From Promethearchaeota archaeon (GTDB lineage Archaea > Asgardarchaeota > Lokiarchaeia > Sigyniarchaeales > SOKP01): a stretch of DNA of 64,000 nucleotides. Positions 29,827 through 39,795 of this stretch are shown here, piece after piece (position 1 is the stretch's first letter; every line of letters starts with the position of its first letter). The notes under the pieces were generated by a model. That model was not told the DNA's origin and did no database searches. It saw only the letters and a program-made list of their open reading frames with translations. The stretch is from NCBI GenBank assembly GCA_019057795.1, contig JAHLWS010000005.1:1-64000 (forward strand), given 5' to 3'. The position numbers and the translations under genes are program-made.

Positions 29827-29841
29827 TCGTGAAACGGTTAG
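29827..29841. repeat. Boundary motif A (TCGTGAAACGGTTAG)
   Basis: Exact 15-bp match to 32791-32805. Confidence 0.75.
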
Positions 29842-29908
29842 TAGAGAACGAAGAGATGAATAGAGTTTATAAAAAAAAATAATTAATAAAAATTTTAACT
29901 CTATTATT

Positions 29909-30511
29909 TTATTCGTTTTTCTTAAATTTACTGGCTACATGCTGCATTTCGTAAATAATTCTTAATAACTCCATGGTAAACATTAAAGTGGCTTTAGTTC
30001 GATTCTCATCTGGAGGAATCAGTTTATGAGTTGATTGATTTCCAATCTCTCTTATCAAATCCGCCCATTCTTTAATAATTGGAGTTATATATCCCTTTTC
30101 TTCAAGATAATCTAAATAACTGATAAAGGATTGACCTTCTTCAGCACCTTTATCTACACTAACGTGCATTAGAATCTTACGGCATACTAGCTCACATGCG
30201 GTAAAGGCATTTATTGAAAAACAACTTCGTGCCTCTTGATATGCAGCTTCAATTTCCACTGGAAGCCCTTCTAATTTTTCCCCTGGTTTAGTACCAGGGA
30301 TAATCTTACCTTCTGACCATATAGATCCTTTTATACAGGATGTACATATCATAAATTGGATAATTGGGTCATCTAATTTATTTTGAGTTCGAGAATATAT
30401 ATTTACAACTCTACCCGACACATGTCGATCACAATGGCCACATTTATAATCAAGTCTAGAAACTTGACTAGTTCCACCGATATTATTAATTAAATTCTCG
30501 TCAATTGGCAT
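29909..30511 (-). CDS. DUF4145-domain protein with N-terminal Zn ribbon
   Basis: CGHC...CTSC; YQEARSC...ACELVCRKIL...IREIGNQSTH. Confidence 0.85.
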   Translation of the reverse strand: MPIDENLINNIGGTSQVSRLDYKCGHCDRHVSGRVVNIYSRTQNKLDDPIIQFMICTSCIKGSIWSEGKIIPGTKPGEKLEGLPVEIEAAYQEARSCFSINAFTACELVCRKILMHVSVDKGAEEGQSFISYLDYLEEKGYITPIIKEWADLIREIGNQSTHKLIPPDENRTKATLMFTMELLRIIYEMQHVASKFKKNE

Positions 30512-30569
30512 AGGAATTATTAAATAAGTTAATTATATAAAACTTATTATTAAATAATTGTATAAATAT

Positions 30570-30588
30570 TCGTGAAATAACCGATATT
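30570..30588. repeat. Boundary motif B (TCGTGAAATAACCGATATT)
   Basis: 17/19 identical to 35361-35379. Confidence 0.7.
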
Positions 30589-30632
30589 ATTAAAATTATT
30601 TCAATTAAATAATAATTTATACTTCATTTTCC

Positions 30633-31826
30633 CTATTCTTTATTTTCATCGCTCTTATCGAAGTGAAGTTTCCATAGTTTCCCTTCTTTATCCTCATAAA
30701 TGAAGCCCTCATCGGTTTCTTCAATTCTACTTAAATCTAATTGAATCATTTGGAGTCCTTCCTTTTTTCCCTTTTCTATAATTTGCTTTTGAACTCTGGC
30801 TTCTTTAAATGATGGGTCAATTTCCAGAGCTTTTTCAAAACATTTCAAAGCTTCCTCAAACTCTTTAAGCTCATATAATGCCCTACCCTTACATAACCAC
30901 TCAACTTTATCTTTTGGGTTTTTCTTTAATGCATTCTCGCAAGTTCTGATTATTTCTTCAGGATTTTCAAAGAAATTTCCCTCGATTTCATTGATTTCTT
31001 TTTCAACATCGTCTCTCATTATTACCCGAGGAATTCTTTCTTGAGGACTTTCCAAAAAACCTTTTATTGTATCTATTTGATGTCTTGCTTCTTCAAAGTA
31101 AGGATCAATTTCAAGTGCGGCTTTCATGCATTTTATTGCTTCCTCATAGTCACCTAAGCCTACCAACGCTATTCCCTTTCTATACCAAGCGTGTATAAAC
31201 GTTGAATCAATCTCTAATGTCTTATCATAATAAATTATAGCTTCACTATGTTTTCCTAACATTTCAAGGACCATTCCTTTAGAAAACAATGCATTAATAA
31301 AATTAGGATCAACTTCAAGAGCTTTTTCATGATATCTAATTGCTTCCTCGAATCTTTTTAAAACTCCCGCAGTCATTCCCTTTCTATACCACGCTTCTTT
31401 ATGCTCAGGATACAAATCAGTTATTTTAGTATAACATTCAAGGGTTTCTTCAAACTTTTGTAAATTGTAGAATGCCAATCCTTGATTCAACCATGCTTCC
31501 GCGTCTTCGGGATTCAATTCCAACACTTTCTTATAACATTCAATTGCTTCTTCATATTTTCCTAATATTCCCAAAGCAAACCCTTTATTATACCATGCCG
31601 CTGTGCTAGGTTCTATTTCCATGATTTTATCATAACAAAGGATTTCATCCTCAAATTGATTTAAGTTATGTAAAGCCGTCGCTTTAAAATACCACGCATC
31701 TAAATTAACGGGATCAATTTCAAGATATTTGTCAAAAATCTCAATAGCTTCTTCAAACTTCTGTTTTTTGATTAATTCAATACCCTTGTCTACCTCATGT
31801 TCACGATTAGGATTTTTGTTTTCCAT
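30633..31826 (-). CDS. TPR-repeat protein
   Basis: Multiple AWYNKG...ALEIDP repeats. Confidence 0.95.
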   Translation of the reverse strand: MENKNPNREHEVDKGIELIKKQKFEEAIEIFDKYLEIDPVNLDAWYFKATALHNLNQFEDEILCYDKIMEIEPSTAAWYNKGFALGILGKYEEAIECYKKVLELNPEDAEAWLNQGLAFYNLQKFEETLECYTKITDLYPEHKEAWYRKGMTAGVLKRFEEAIRYHEKALEVDPNFINALFSKGMVLEMLGKHSEAIIYYDKTLEIDSTFIHAWYRKGIALVGLGDYEEAIKCMKAALEIDPYFEEARHQIDTIKGFLESPQERIPRVIMRDDVEKEINEIEGNFFENPEEIIRTCENALKKNPKDKVEWLCKGRALYELKEFEEALKCFEKALEIDPSFKEARVQKQIIEKGKKEGLQMIQLDLSRIEETDEGFIYEDKEGKLWKLHFDKSDENKE

Positions 31827-31888
31827 TGGTTTTCAATTTGATTTGTTCTTTATATCTCTACTATGTTTCAGACCTTTTTAAAAAAAAA

Positions 31889-32671
31889 TTATTCGGATTC
31901 AAGAGAGGCCCAATATCCTGTTGGTTCATTACATGAAATTGTTTCTAATATTAAATCATAAGATCTTCGGAGTATTGTTTTATACTTATTTAGATCTTCC
32001 TCAGATTTTAGGGAGAGATAGCCCCATTTTTGTCCCCCAACGCGTTCTGTCCCTGCTGTAGCGGGATCTACGCCTTCCATCTCTTCTCCTCTGGTAAATA
32101 TCATTAATCTGATGAAGTTTTTTCTAAAATAAATATAAGTAAAGACTCTCTGGGGAGAATAGATAGTATAACCCAGTTTTACTCTTTTTACAACTATATC
32201 TTCAGAAAATGTTTTAAAGTAGCTTAGTAAATCATCGCTTAGATGAATTAAACTTTCGGGAATTATATTAAAATAATCTTCTCCTTCAGGAGGTTTTAAT
32301 GAATCAGGTCTTTTTATGGGTCTATTTTCAATCCCTTTTATTACATCCTTTAATTCTATCACTTCAAGATTTGAAGGACATCCATTCCAATTATGTTCCC
32401 AGCACACAATTACATCACATTCATTTGCATTATGACCATGTGTTTTAAAATTTTTGCTATAATATTCAAATTCAATTCTAATACGCGACCATCCCCTTCC
32501 AGTAAATCGTCTAGCAATACAATCTGGAAAACCAGGCTTTATCTCTTCTACATACATATTTAGATCTTCCATAACTTTACCAAAAAGAAATACAACTCCA
32601 TTTTCATTTAAAGGAGCATATACTAGACCTCTAAAATTAATTATATCTCCTACTACACTTTTATCTGCCAT
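31889..32671 (-). CDS. PD-(D/E)xK-type nuclease with a DUF5655-like C-terminal domain
   Basis: GFPDCIARR...IEFEYYS...CDVIVCWEH. Confidence 0.6.
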   Translation of the reverse strand: MADKSVVGDIINFRGLVYAPLNENGVVFLFGKVMEDLNMYVEEIKPGFPDCIARRFTGRGWSRIRIEFEYYSKNFKTHGHNANECDVIVCWEHNWNGCPSNLEVIELKDVIKGIENRPIKRPDSLKPPEGEDYFNIIPESLIHLSDDLLSYFKTFSEDIVVKRVKLGYTIYSPQRVFTYIYFRKNFIRLMIFTRGEEMEGVDPATAGTERVGGQKWGYLSLKSEEDLNKYKTILRRSYDLILETISCNEPTGYWASLESE

Positions 32672-32790
32672 CAGATTAACTTCCCATTATTAATATTTTA
32701 TTAATTTTTACTAATCTTTTAAATACATTATTTATATTTAATAATATTTTATTAACAATCATTAAAAATTTGACAATATCCATAATCTGA

Positions 32791-32805
32791 TCGTGAAACG
32801 GTTAG
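32791..32805. repeat. Boundary motif A, second copy
   Basis: TCGTGAAACGGTTAG, followed by GAATAGAG about 30 bp from the motif start, as in the first copy. Confidence 0.75.
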
Positions 32806-32992
32806 AATTTTAAATTAAAGAATAGAGCGTTCATTCACGTCTTACATGATTTTTTTATTTATAAAAGAAGAATACCAAATAATTTATGATAATTTAAATA
32901 ATTGTATGCCCTAAATTAATACAAAAACCTCTAAATTTCCAAACCCTTATGATTTATTGAATATTTCGAAGTAATAACATAAATAGATAAAA

Positions 32993-33769
32993 ATGCAAGA
33001 ATTGTCAAATATAAAAACAAGAAAAATTACCTTAGGAACTAAAGAGTGGGCAGATAGTAATGTAAATTGCTACATTGGTTGCTCGAATAATTGTAGATAT
33101 TGCTATGCCAAAAATATGGCTATTCGGTTTAAAAGAAAAACCGAAGATACATGGAAATATATGGAGCCAAATCAAAAAAATATTGATAAAAAATATGGAA
33201 AGCGAAGAGGTCGAGTGATGTTTCCAACTTCTCATGATATAACAAGTGAGAGTTTGGAAGGTTGTTTAACAGTTTTAAAGAAATTAATCGATGCAGATAA
33301 TAATGTTTTAATAACTACGAAACCTAAATTGAATTGTGTTATGGAAATTTGTGACTTAACCGAAAAAGTTAAAAATTTCATTCAATTCCGTTTTACCATT
33401 ACATCAATGAATGACAAAATCTTAAAATTTTGGGAACCAGGAGCTCCCTTATTTAAAGAAAGGTTTGAATCTCTTAAATATGCATACAGGAGAGGATTTA
33501 AAACGAGTATTTCGATTGAACCATTTTTAGATAAGGATCCATTACCGCTGATTAAAATTTTACTCCCTTATGTTACAGAATCGATTTGGATTGGCAAGAT
33601 GAATTATATAAAAGCAAATGACATTCCAAGTAATTTTAGAAAGGATTATAATTCAATTCGAGAAGTTAATAGCAAAAACAATTTAAAGGCTATTATTGAA
33701 AAATTGCATATATTCCCAAAATCTCTTATTCATTTGAAGGATAGTATTGAAAATTACCTTTCGCATTAA
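32993..33769 (+). CDS. Radical SAM protein (DUF5131/SPL-like three-Cys motif)
   Basis: GCSNNCRYCYA (CxxxCxxC); SIEP motif. Confidence 0.85.
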   Translation: MQELSNIKTRKITLGTKEWADSNVNCYIGCSNNCRYCYAKNMAIRFKRKTEDTWKYMEPNQKNIDKKYGKRRGRVMFPTSHDITSESLEGCLTVLKKLIDADNNVLITTKPKLNCVMEICDLTEKVKNFIQFRFTITSMNDKILKFWEPGAPLFKERFESLKYAYRRGFKTSISIEPFLDKDPLPLIKILLPYVTESIWIGKMNYIKANDIPSNFRKDYNSIREVNSKNNLKAIIEKLHIFPKSLIHLKDSIENYLSH

Positions 33770-33982
33770 GTATTGACTTTTAAAAATTACTAAATTAATC
33801 CATTTTATCTATTTTTAAATTGTTGTTGACTTTTCTAGCAAAACCTTAAAAACATGATAAATGGCTTTTTGTCGGCTACTAAAATCTGAAAAAGAACCAT
33901 TAGAGTCCTTTATTCTTTGATTTTAATTAACTGTTTAATAATAAATATTAATAGGCTAGTTGTCAAGTGTTAATGTATTGAT

Positions 33983-35356
33983 ATGAGTAGCAATAAAAAT
34001 GTGACCATGAAGGATTCAGCTTCTGAAAACCTCAAATTCCCTGAACATACCAAAGAAAAACTCGATGGAATTAAGTATTATTATAAGGTATGGTTTAATA
34101 TTGTTAAAGGCCAAAATTCATATATTATTGATTTCTATGCTGGAACGGGTTATTGTAAAATTGAGAACGCTATTTCTCAAATATCGGGTTCAGCATTACT
34201 AGCTGTTGATTTATTCAAAAATGATGATAATAAAAAACTGGGTGTTTTTTTAATAAATAATGATGTTGAACAATGCAAACTACTTGAGACTAATATATCT
34301 GATTATATCGACAAAAAAAAACTTCAAGCAAGTGTTGGTAAGGAAATCAAAATCATAGAGAGCGACTGGAAATTGGTTATTGATGAAATTTTAGGCTCTA
34401 CATCGGATGGGATTAGACTCTTTTTATTTGATCCTTATGGCATCAAATCAATTCCATGGGGAAATGTTGAACTACTTATTAAAAATGCAAAAAGCGAATT
34501 TGGATATAAAGAAACAGGGTTTGAAGTATTATTAAACTGGGGATGGCATAAAATCCGGCGAATATTGGGAAATTATTATAAAAATAGATTTTCTAATAAA
34601 GAATTGGATAATTTAGATAAGTTTTTTGGTCCTGTTAAATGGAAAGAAATTGTTGATCAGTATCCTAATACAATTTTTTCGGAAGAAGATGACAACAAAA
34701 TTGAAAAACTAGCTTATGATTTAATCAGAGCCTATGCTAGAAATTTCTTTAAATTTTTTAGATATGTTAAAGTCCATCCAATTCATTATCGTAAAAAGAG
34801 AAAAGAATCTCATTTAAAAGATAAAGGAAAGATAATGTACTTTTTAATATTTGCATCCAATTATTATGAAGCATTGAACATAATTGACAAACCATTTAAA
34901 GAATCGAGAGAAGCAAAGATTTTTTGTAATCTTCCAAAGGGTCAAAAAACATTTTCTGATTGGGGAATTAACTCAAAAGAAATTAAACCTAAAGCCTCGA
35001 CTAGAAGAATTAAAATAAATGATAAGATAAAAAGATTAGAAGAAGAATTAGGAGAAAATCTATTTCAAAAAACAAAGAACATAATTAAATATTTATATAA
35101 TGAAAAAAGCCATGATTATGGTTGTCCCGATTATGTATTATTTGATAAATTTAAAATAAATGAAGAAATATACATACCTTATTTAAAAAGAACTCGTATA
35201 ATTGATGTTAGATTAAAAAGAACAAAAAGAGGGAATATAATTAACTATTATTTTTTAACCCACCCTATCTTAGTTGATAGATCTGAATATCTATTTCTTA
35301 ACAATGAAGTATTTACTCATCAAGACGGCGTTTTTGATAAAATTATATTTGAGTAA
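33983..35356 (+). CDS. tcmP: Three-Cys-motif partner protein (TcmP/GMT-wHTH methyltransferase-like)
   Basis: HTKEKL, IDFYAGTG, GSALLA, LFDPYG...IPW; adjacent to the three-Cys radical SAM gene. Confidence 0.75.
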   Translation: MSSNKNVTMKDSASENLKFPEHTKEKLDGIKYYYKVWFNIVKGQNSYIIDFYAGTGYCKIENAISQISGSALLAVDLFKNDDNKKLGVFLINNDVEQCKLLETNISDYIDKKKLQASVGKEIKIIESDWKLVIDEILGSTSDGIRLFLFDPYGIKSIPWGNVELLIKNAKSEFGYKETGFEVLLNWGWHKIRRILGNYYKNRFSNKELDNLDKFFGPVKWKEIVDQYPNTIFSEEDDNKIEKLAYDLIRAYARNFFKFFRYVKVHPIHYRKKRKESHLKDKGKIMYFLIFASNYYEALNIIDKPFKESREAKIFCNLPKGQKTFSDWGINSKEIKPKASTRRIKINDKIKRLEEELGENLFQKTKNIIKYLYNEKSHDYGCPDYVLFDKFKINEEIYIPYLKRTRIIDVRLKRTKRGNIINYYFLTHPILVDRSEYLFLNNEVFTHQDGVFDKIIFE

Positions 35357-35360
35357 ATAA

Positions 35361-35379
35361 TCGCGAAATAACCGTTATT
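35361..35379. repeat. Boundary motif B, second copy (TCGCGAAATAACCGTTATT)
   Basis: Starts 4 nt after the tcmP stop; matches 30570-30588. Confidence 0.7.
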
Positions 35380-35803
35380 CTAGGTGTTCCTAGAAACAGG
35401 AAATTAAAGCCAAAACAACCAGAGCGCAAAAAATACTTTTTAATTTTATGCACAAACAAACCGAGTGCACTTTCTCTAGCGGGATATCAAATTGAAAAAA
35501 TAAGAGTGCAAATAAGAGAAGGTATAGCGGACATGAACACTTTTATTTATTTAAATAACCATCGAGGTAATTGAATATACTATCTTTAATCCTTAGAAAA
35601 GACTGATCATATACTTTTGCTTTTTCAATTATTTTTAATAAATTCTCTTTTGAATTAATTTGTTTAATATTGAAGAAATTATGTTTGCAATCGAAATTGA
35701 TACTCAGGCATTATTCTAAAAACTCAATCAATTAGGTATTAAGGATTATGTTGATATTAATCGACCAAATGCATCCAAAAAAGAACATATCTAAATTTTT
35801 AAA

Positions 35804-36154
35804 TTAGAATTTTAATCGCCTTTTTTTCTTAATCGAAACTTCAATCGCTTTTATCTCTAAAGGATTTAACCCCTCCAAAAGAATGGCTTCAGCAACCTTT
35901 AAACCACTCTCATTAAGAAGAATCTTATGCCGGGAACCGTGATTTTTAAGATTATCTACATATACTCTATCAATATATCGCTTTTTTGTTAAGAAAGAAA
36001 GCACTTGAGAAATTTCGCTCTTGGATTTATTAAACTTCTTAATGATGTCCTCTGTTAGTATCTCTACCTTACGATAACGCTGTTGCCTAAGAAATAACAA
36101 GATCCTTGAACTGAGTTGGGGGTAAAATCTCTTCATTTCCTCGCTAGATAGCAC
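35804..36154 (-). CDS. Winged-helix (MarR-like) DNA-binding protein
   Basis: SKSEISQVLSFLTKKRYIDR...LNESG pattern. Confidence 0.7.
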   Translation of the reverse strand: MLSSEEMKRFYPQLSSRILLFLRQQRYRKVEILTEDIIKKFNKSKSEISQVLSFLTKKRYIDRVYVDNLKNHGSRHKILLNESGLKVAEAILLEGLNPLEIKAIEVSIKKKRRLKF

Positions 36155-36544
36155 AATATTTATCTATTTAAAAGCTTTTAAACTCCATTTTTTTTCAATG
36201 AATAGTTAAACAGAAAAGATTTATAATAGATTTAATAAATTAGGTTAATTTTAAAATATTTTATCATAAAAGAAAGCTATATCTGGTCCGTATGGATACT
36301 TTTTTTGCCTTTCACATTCTACTAAATTAATAAATTTCGTACAGTCTAAAATTACTTCTTCTATGTCTTCAATAGAAAACTGAAAATTGATGGTAAAGAT
36401 TTACAGAAATTTAATGATTTCATTAATAACCTCTGGAAAGAGCAAAATGATAAATCATAAACCATTTGAAAAGAATTTAATTCCTTTTTCTGTTTTATGG
36501 GCTCTTTAAATTGATGAAGTTAAACCAAGTAATGTATTTCTATC

Positions 36545-36745
36545 TTGGTGAAAAAAATGAAGAGTGGTTATTACTACATCTCTTGCGATAAGTGTTATAA
36601 GCTTCAAAGTTTTGAAAAGGCTAAGAAAGATGACCCATTCCATGATGATGTTGATAATGTTGGATTAACGCTTCTTTCCTGCAGCACTTGTGGCAGTACC
36701 GACATACAGATTATTATCTCTCAAATAGTTTTAGGAAACTATTAA
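36545..36745 (+). CDS. Small Zn-ribbon protein
   Basis: CDKC...CSTCGS. Confidence 0.6.
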   Translation: MVKKMKSGYYYISCDKCYKLQSFEKAKKDDPFHDDVDNVGLTLLSCSTCGSTDIQIIISQIVLGNY

Positions 36746-37000
36746 ATTCTTTTTTTTTTTTTATTCAAGATAGATTTACTCTTCTAAAAGAAAATCAAAT
36801 AAAAATACAAATAGCCATTTTTTATTTAAATAAAACAATATAATATCATTAATAGATTCCTACCAGAAAAAGGTCATCATACAGCCTTCAAGATAGAAAT
36901 ACACTGGTAGGAATCTTAATCTCTAAAATAGTTTTAAAAAACTATTAAATTCCTTTTTTTTTATTCAAGATAGATTTACTCTTCTAAAAGAAAATTAAAT
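36718..37000. repeat. About 80-bp direct repeat (36718-36800, 36921-37000) containing a hairpin plus T-tract
   Basis: AATAGTTT(TAGG/TAAA)AAACTATT...TTTTTTTTATTCAAGATAGATTTACTCTTCTAAAAGAAAAT occurs twice. Confidence 0.85.
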
Positions 37001-37200
37001 AGAGAGAGAACACTGAAATAGCGAGAAGTTGTTCTCAATTACACTTGAAAGCTAAGTTTAGAGAAATTTAAACCAGTTTACAATACTTTAAACTTCATTC
37101 TTCATCTCTTTGGAAGAATAAATATAAATACTTGACTCTAATACTTAAATCATAAGACTGCGCGTTATTGCAATCTTAAAAACCAAAAGGTTGGAAAAAA

Positions 37201-38847
37201 ATGAATAATTTAGATAATGACAAAAATAATATGAAACAACTTGCAAAAATCAGAGACGCATACACTAGCCTCGTGGATTATTTAAAAGAACTCATGTTTA
37301 AAAAACGCATCCTAGATTCTCCTTCGTACGCAGAACTCTCAAGAAAACTTGGTTTTCGCTATAACTGGATCAAAGAAAAGAGATATTCTATGAAACAAGG
37401 CCATTTTCCTAAGAAAGAAACCTTTGACGATTTATATAACCGATTATCAGAACGATATATGGACCAACTAAGCAAATCATTGAAAGAAATCCAGACCAGA
37501 TTTAACGCTCTCTACACTTTTAGCTTCTCTACTGATATGCAATCACTATCGGATTTAAATTCTAATCAAAAGTCTATTAAAAGGGAATTTTTTAATAATA
37601 TAAAAGAAATTATCAAGCATTATTTCCCGAACGCTAGAATTTTTGACACGGACATCTCAAGGCTATTCTTTAAAAAGGATCGAGTGTTAATGGATTCCCA
37701 TTTAAAAGGAAACTATAAATACAGAAGGCTTGAACTCTCTACCCTCTTCAGTTTTATCTATAAGATAAAATTCTTAACTACTGAAGAAATAATCAACAAA
37801 ATTAGGGATATTGAAAAGGTCGATGAAATTACACTTCAGAAATTTAAAACTGATGTTGAAAATTTCATTGAAGAATTCATATTTTCTAATCCATTTGAGA
37901 GAAAATATATTGGCGATTCACATTACATAGGAACCAGATTTTTTGAACCTGAATACAACTTAACATTTAAGGTTTGGTTTGAATTATCCAAAGCAAAAAA
38001 AGAACCTATTCTCTTGAAGCATGCAAGAAAAAATATGAAGTATGAAACCTTCGGAAGAATAAACAGATTCGGAGAACCTGAGAAAGGTAAAGTGTATTCA
38101 TGGATAGGTCTTATTAACATGTTAAAAGAATTAACTAGACTTTTACCAGGCGACTCTTACGCAACTACCTTTGAACATGTTTGGGGATACATAGAACAAC
38201 GCGGTTTATATCCTGTTTTACCCAGAGTTTATCATCCAAGTTGGTATTCTATAAGCACTGTAAAATTTCATGTGATCATGCTCATCATCCGGGATTTAGG
38301 ACTCGATATCTTAAACTTAGAACCTATCAAAACTGAGTCTTTTAAAAAAACTCATCAAATGGATTCATTTACTTACGAAAGACATCACATCTTTATAAAC
38401 GATAAAATGTCCATCGATGTAAACAGATTAGCTCTCGTCATGCATAAAAATCATAGTGACCTTGAAGGAAAAACTGACTTAGTTCTTGATTTAATCCAAA
38501 AAAGAATAGATCTAACTTTTGATTGTCCTCAATATTATAAGACTAACTTAGAGGATTGGAGAGACAAATGGCAAAAATATCTGGAGAGACGATGCTTTTT
38601 AGTTCAAAACGGAATTGAGAACTTTATTAAAGAATATTTTACCGACGATAACGGAAATAATTACTTATTTGAAAGATTCTTCAAAGATGTTCCAAAAGAC
38701 AACATTGAACGAGAAATTAGAATCGTGATGCAAAAGTGGATTGAGAAAAAGCGACCAGCGCCCATCTTAAACGCTCACATCTTAAACAGACTCTTCTACG
38801 GCACTCCAAATTTAGTAACAAGTGGATTTATTCAATATAAATCCTAA
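37201..38847 (+). CDS. Hypothetical protein with N-terminal HTH and possible degenerate HNH motif
   Basis: SYAELSRKLG; YERHHIFINDKMSIDVNRLALVMHKNH. Confidence 0.55.
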   Translation: MNNLDNDKNNMKQLAKIRDAYTSLVDYLKELMFKKRILDSPSYAELSRKLGFRYNWIKEKRYSMKQGHFPKKETFDDLYNRLSERYMDQLSKSLKEIQTRFNALYTFSFSTDMQSLSDLNSNQKSIKREFFNNIKEIIKHYFPNARIFDTDISRLFFKKDRVLMDSHLKGNYKYRRLELSTLFSFIYKIKFLTTEEIINKIRDIEKVDEITLQKFKTDVENFIEEFIFSNPFERKYIGDSHYIGTRFFEPEYNLTFKVWFELSKAKKEPILLKHARKNMKYETFGRINRFGEPEKGKVYSWIGLINMLKELTRLLPGDSYATTFEHVWGYIEQRGLYPVLPRVYHPSWYSISTVKFHVIMLIIRDLGLDILNLEPIKTESFKKTHQMDSFTYERHHIFINDKMSIDVNRLALVMHKNHSDLEGKTDLVLDLIQKRIDLTFDCPQYYKTNLEDWRDKWQKYLERRCFLVQNGIENFIKEYFTDDNGNNYLFERFFKDVPKDNIEREIRIVMQKWIEKKRPAPILNAHILNRLFYGTPNLVTSGFIQYKS

Positions 38848-39352
38848 TTTTTTTTTTTTACCATTATTTAAATATTCTTTTTTCCATACCTTTACCATAC
38901 CTATGAAAGACGAACGAAAAATCGTCATCCGAAATGAACGGCTCAAAAAATTTAGAAATAACCTAAGACAAATCTTAATTCGAGCTGTATGGGATGAAAT
39001 CGAAATTTTAACCTATTACGCTAGTTTATACCCACCGCCACTTGACCTTCCACCCGAAGAGGAAGTAGAATTATACTACTTAGAAGGAACGAAACATAAG
39101 CTCTTTAGTCTTATGAGTAGATCTATTTGTAAGTGCGCTCGTTGTTCAAATCAAGAGAATGATATGATATATATCGAAACTCACGATGAGTGGTATTGTA
39201 CTGAATGTCATGAAAACGATCGCATCTGGTACCCCGCACATGGAAGTGCAGAAAATAGATGGCAAAATGATTATATCAATATGTACTATGAACAAAAAGA
39301 AAAATTTGAAAAGAAGTACCTAAATAAAGTAAAAAAGAATTCTAAGAAATAG
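38822..39352 (+). CDS. Zn-finger protein, hypothetical (true start probably 38903)
   Basis: CKCARC...WYCTECH; converges on the rps11 3' end. Confidence 0.7.
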   Translation: MDLFNINPNFFFLPLFKYSFFHTFTIPMKDERKIVIRNERLKKFRNNLRQILIRAVWDEIEILTYYASLYPPPLDLPPEEEVELYYLEGTKHKLFSLMSRSICKCARCSNQENDMIYIETHDEWYCTECHENDRIWYPAHGSAENRWQNDYINMYYEQKEKFEKKYLNKVKKNSKK

Positions 39353-39383
39353 CTCTGCCAATTCGCCCAAATAATGCTTTAGA

Positions 39384-39782
39384 TTAAACCCTGCGCCCCC
39401 TATGGCCCCCCTTGCGCCGGCAATGGTCGTGGGACTTCGGGGTGACTTCTTCTATCCTTCCTACGCGTAGACCAGAACGAGCGAGTGCGCGTATGCATGC
39501 TTGAGCTCCGGGACCGGGTGTTTGGCTTTTATTTCCCCCAGGCGCTCTTACTTTAATGTGAACGCCCAAAACGCCTTTATCTCTAAGATCGTTTGCCACG
39601 CGGAACCCGCACTGCATGGCCGCGTATGGATTCGATTCGTCGCGGTCAGCTTTAACTACCATACCGCCGCTACATTTTGCGAAGGTTTCACCCCCGCTGA
39701 GGTCGGTAGCTGTAACAATAGTATTGTTGTAACTGCTAAAGATGTGAACGATTGCCCACTTTAATTGTTCTTTTTTACTCAT
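39384..39782 (-). CDS. rps11: 30S ribosomal protein S11 (uS11)
   Basis: [38 protein letters not shown]. Confidence 0.99.
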   Translation of the reverse strand: MSKKEQLKWAIVHIFSSYNNTIVTATDLSGGETFAKCSGGMVVKADRDESNPYAAMQCGFRVANDLRDKGVLGVHIKVRAPGGNKSQTPGPGAQACIRALARSGLRVGRIEEVTPKSHDHCRRKGGHRGRRV

Positions 39783-39795
39783 ATTAATTATCTCG

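Larger units (their letters stand above)
912..39383. mobile_element. Composite defence/accessory island adjoining the rps11 3' end (left boundary uncertain)
   Basis: Dense R-M/nuclease content, pseudogenes, boundary repeats and displaced gene fragments; rpoD is absent after rps11; no integrase recognised. Confidence 0.65.

Noticed and set aside
912-39383. Provirus or autonomous transposon call
   Set aside because: No integrase, transposase, capsid, terminase or replication gene was recognised in the window.
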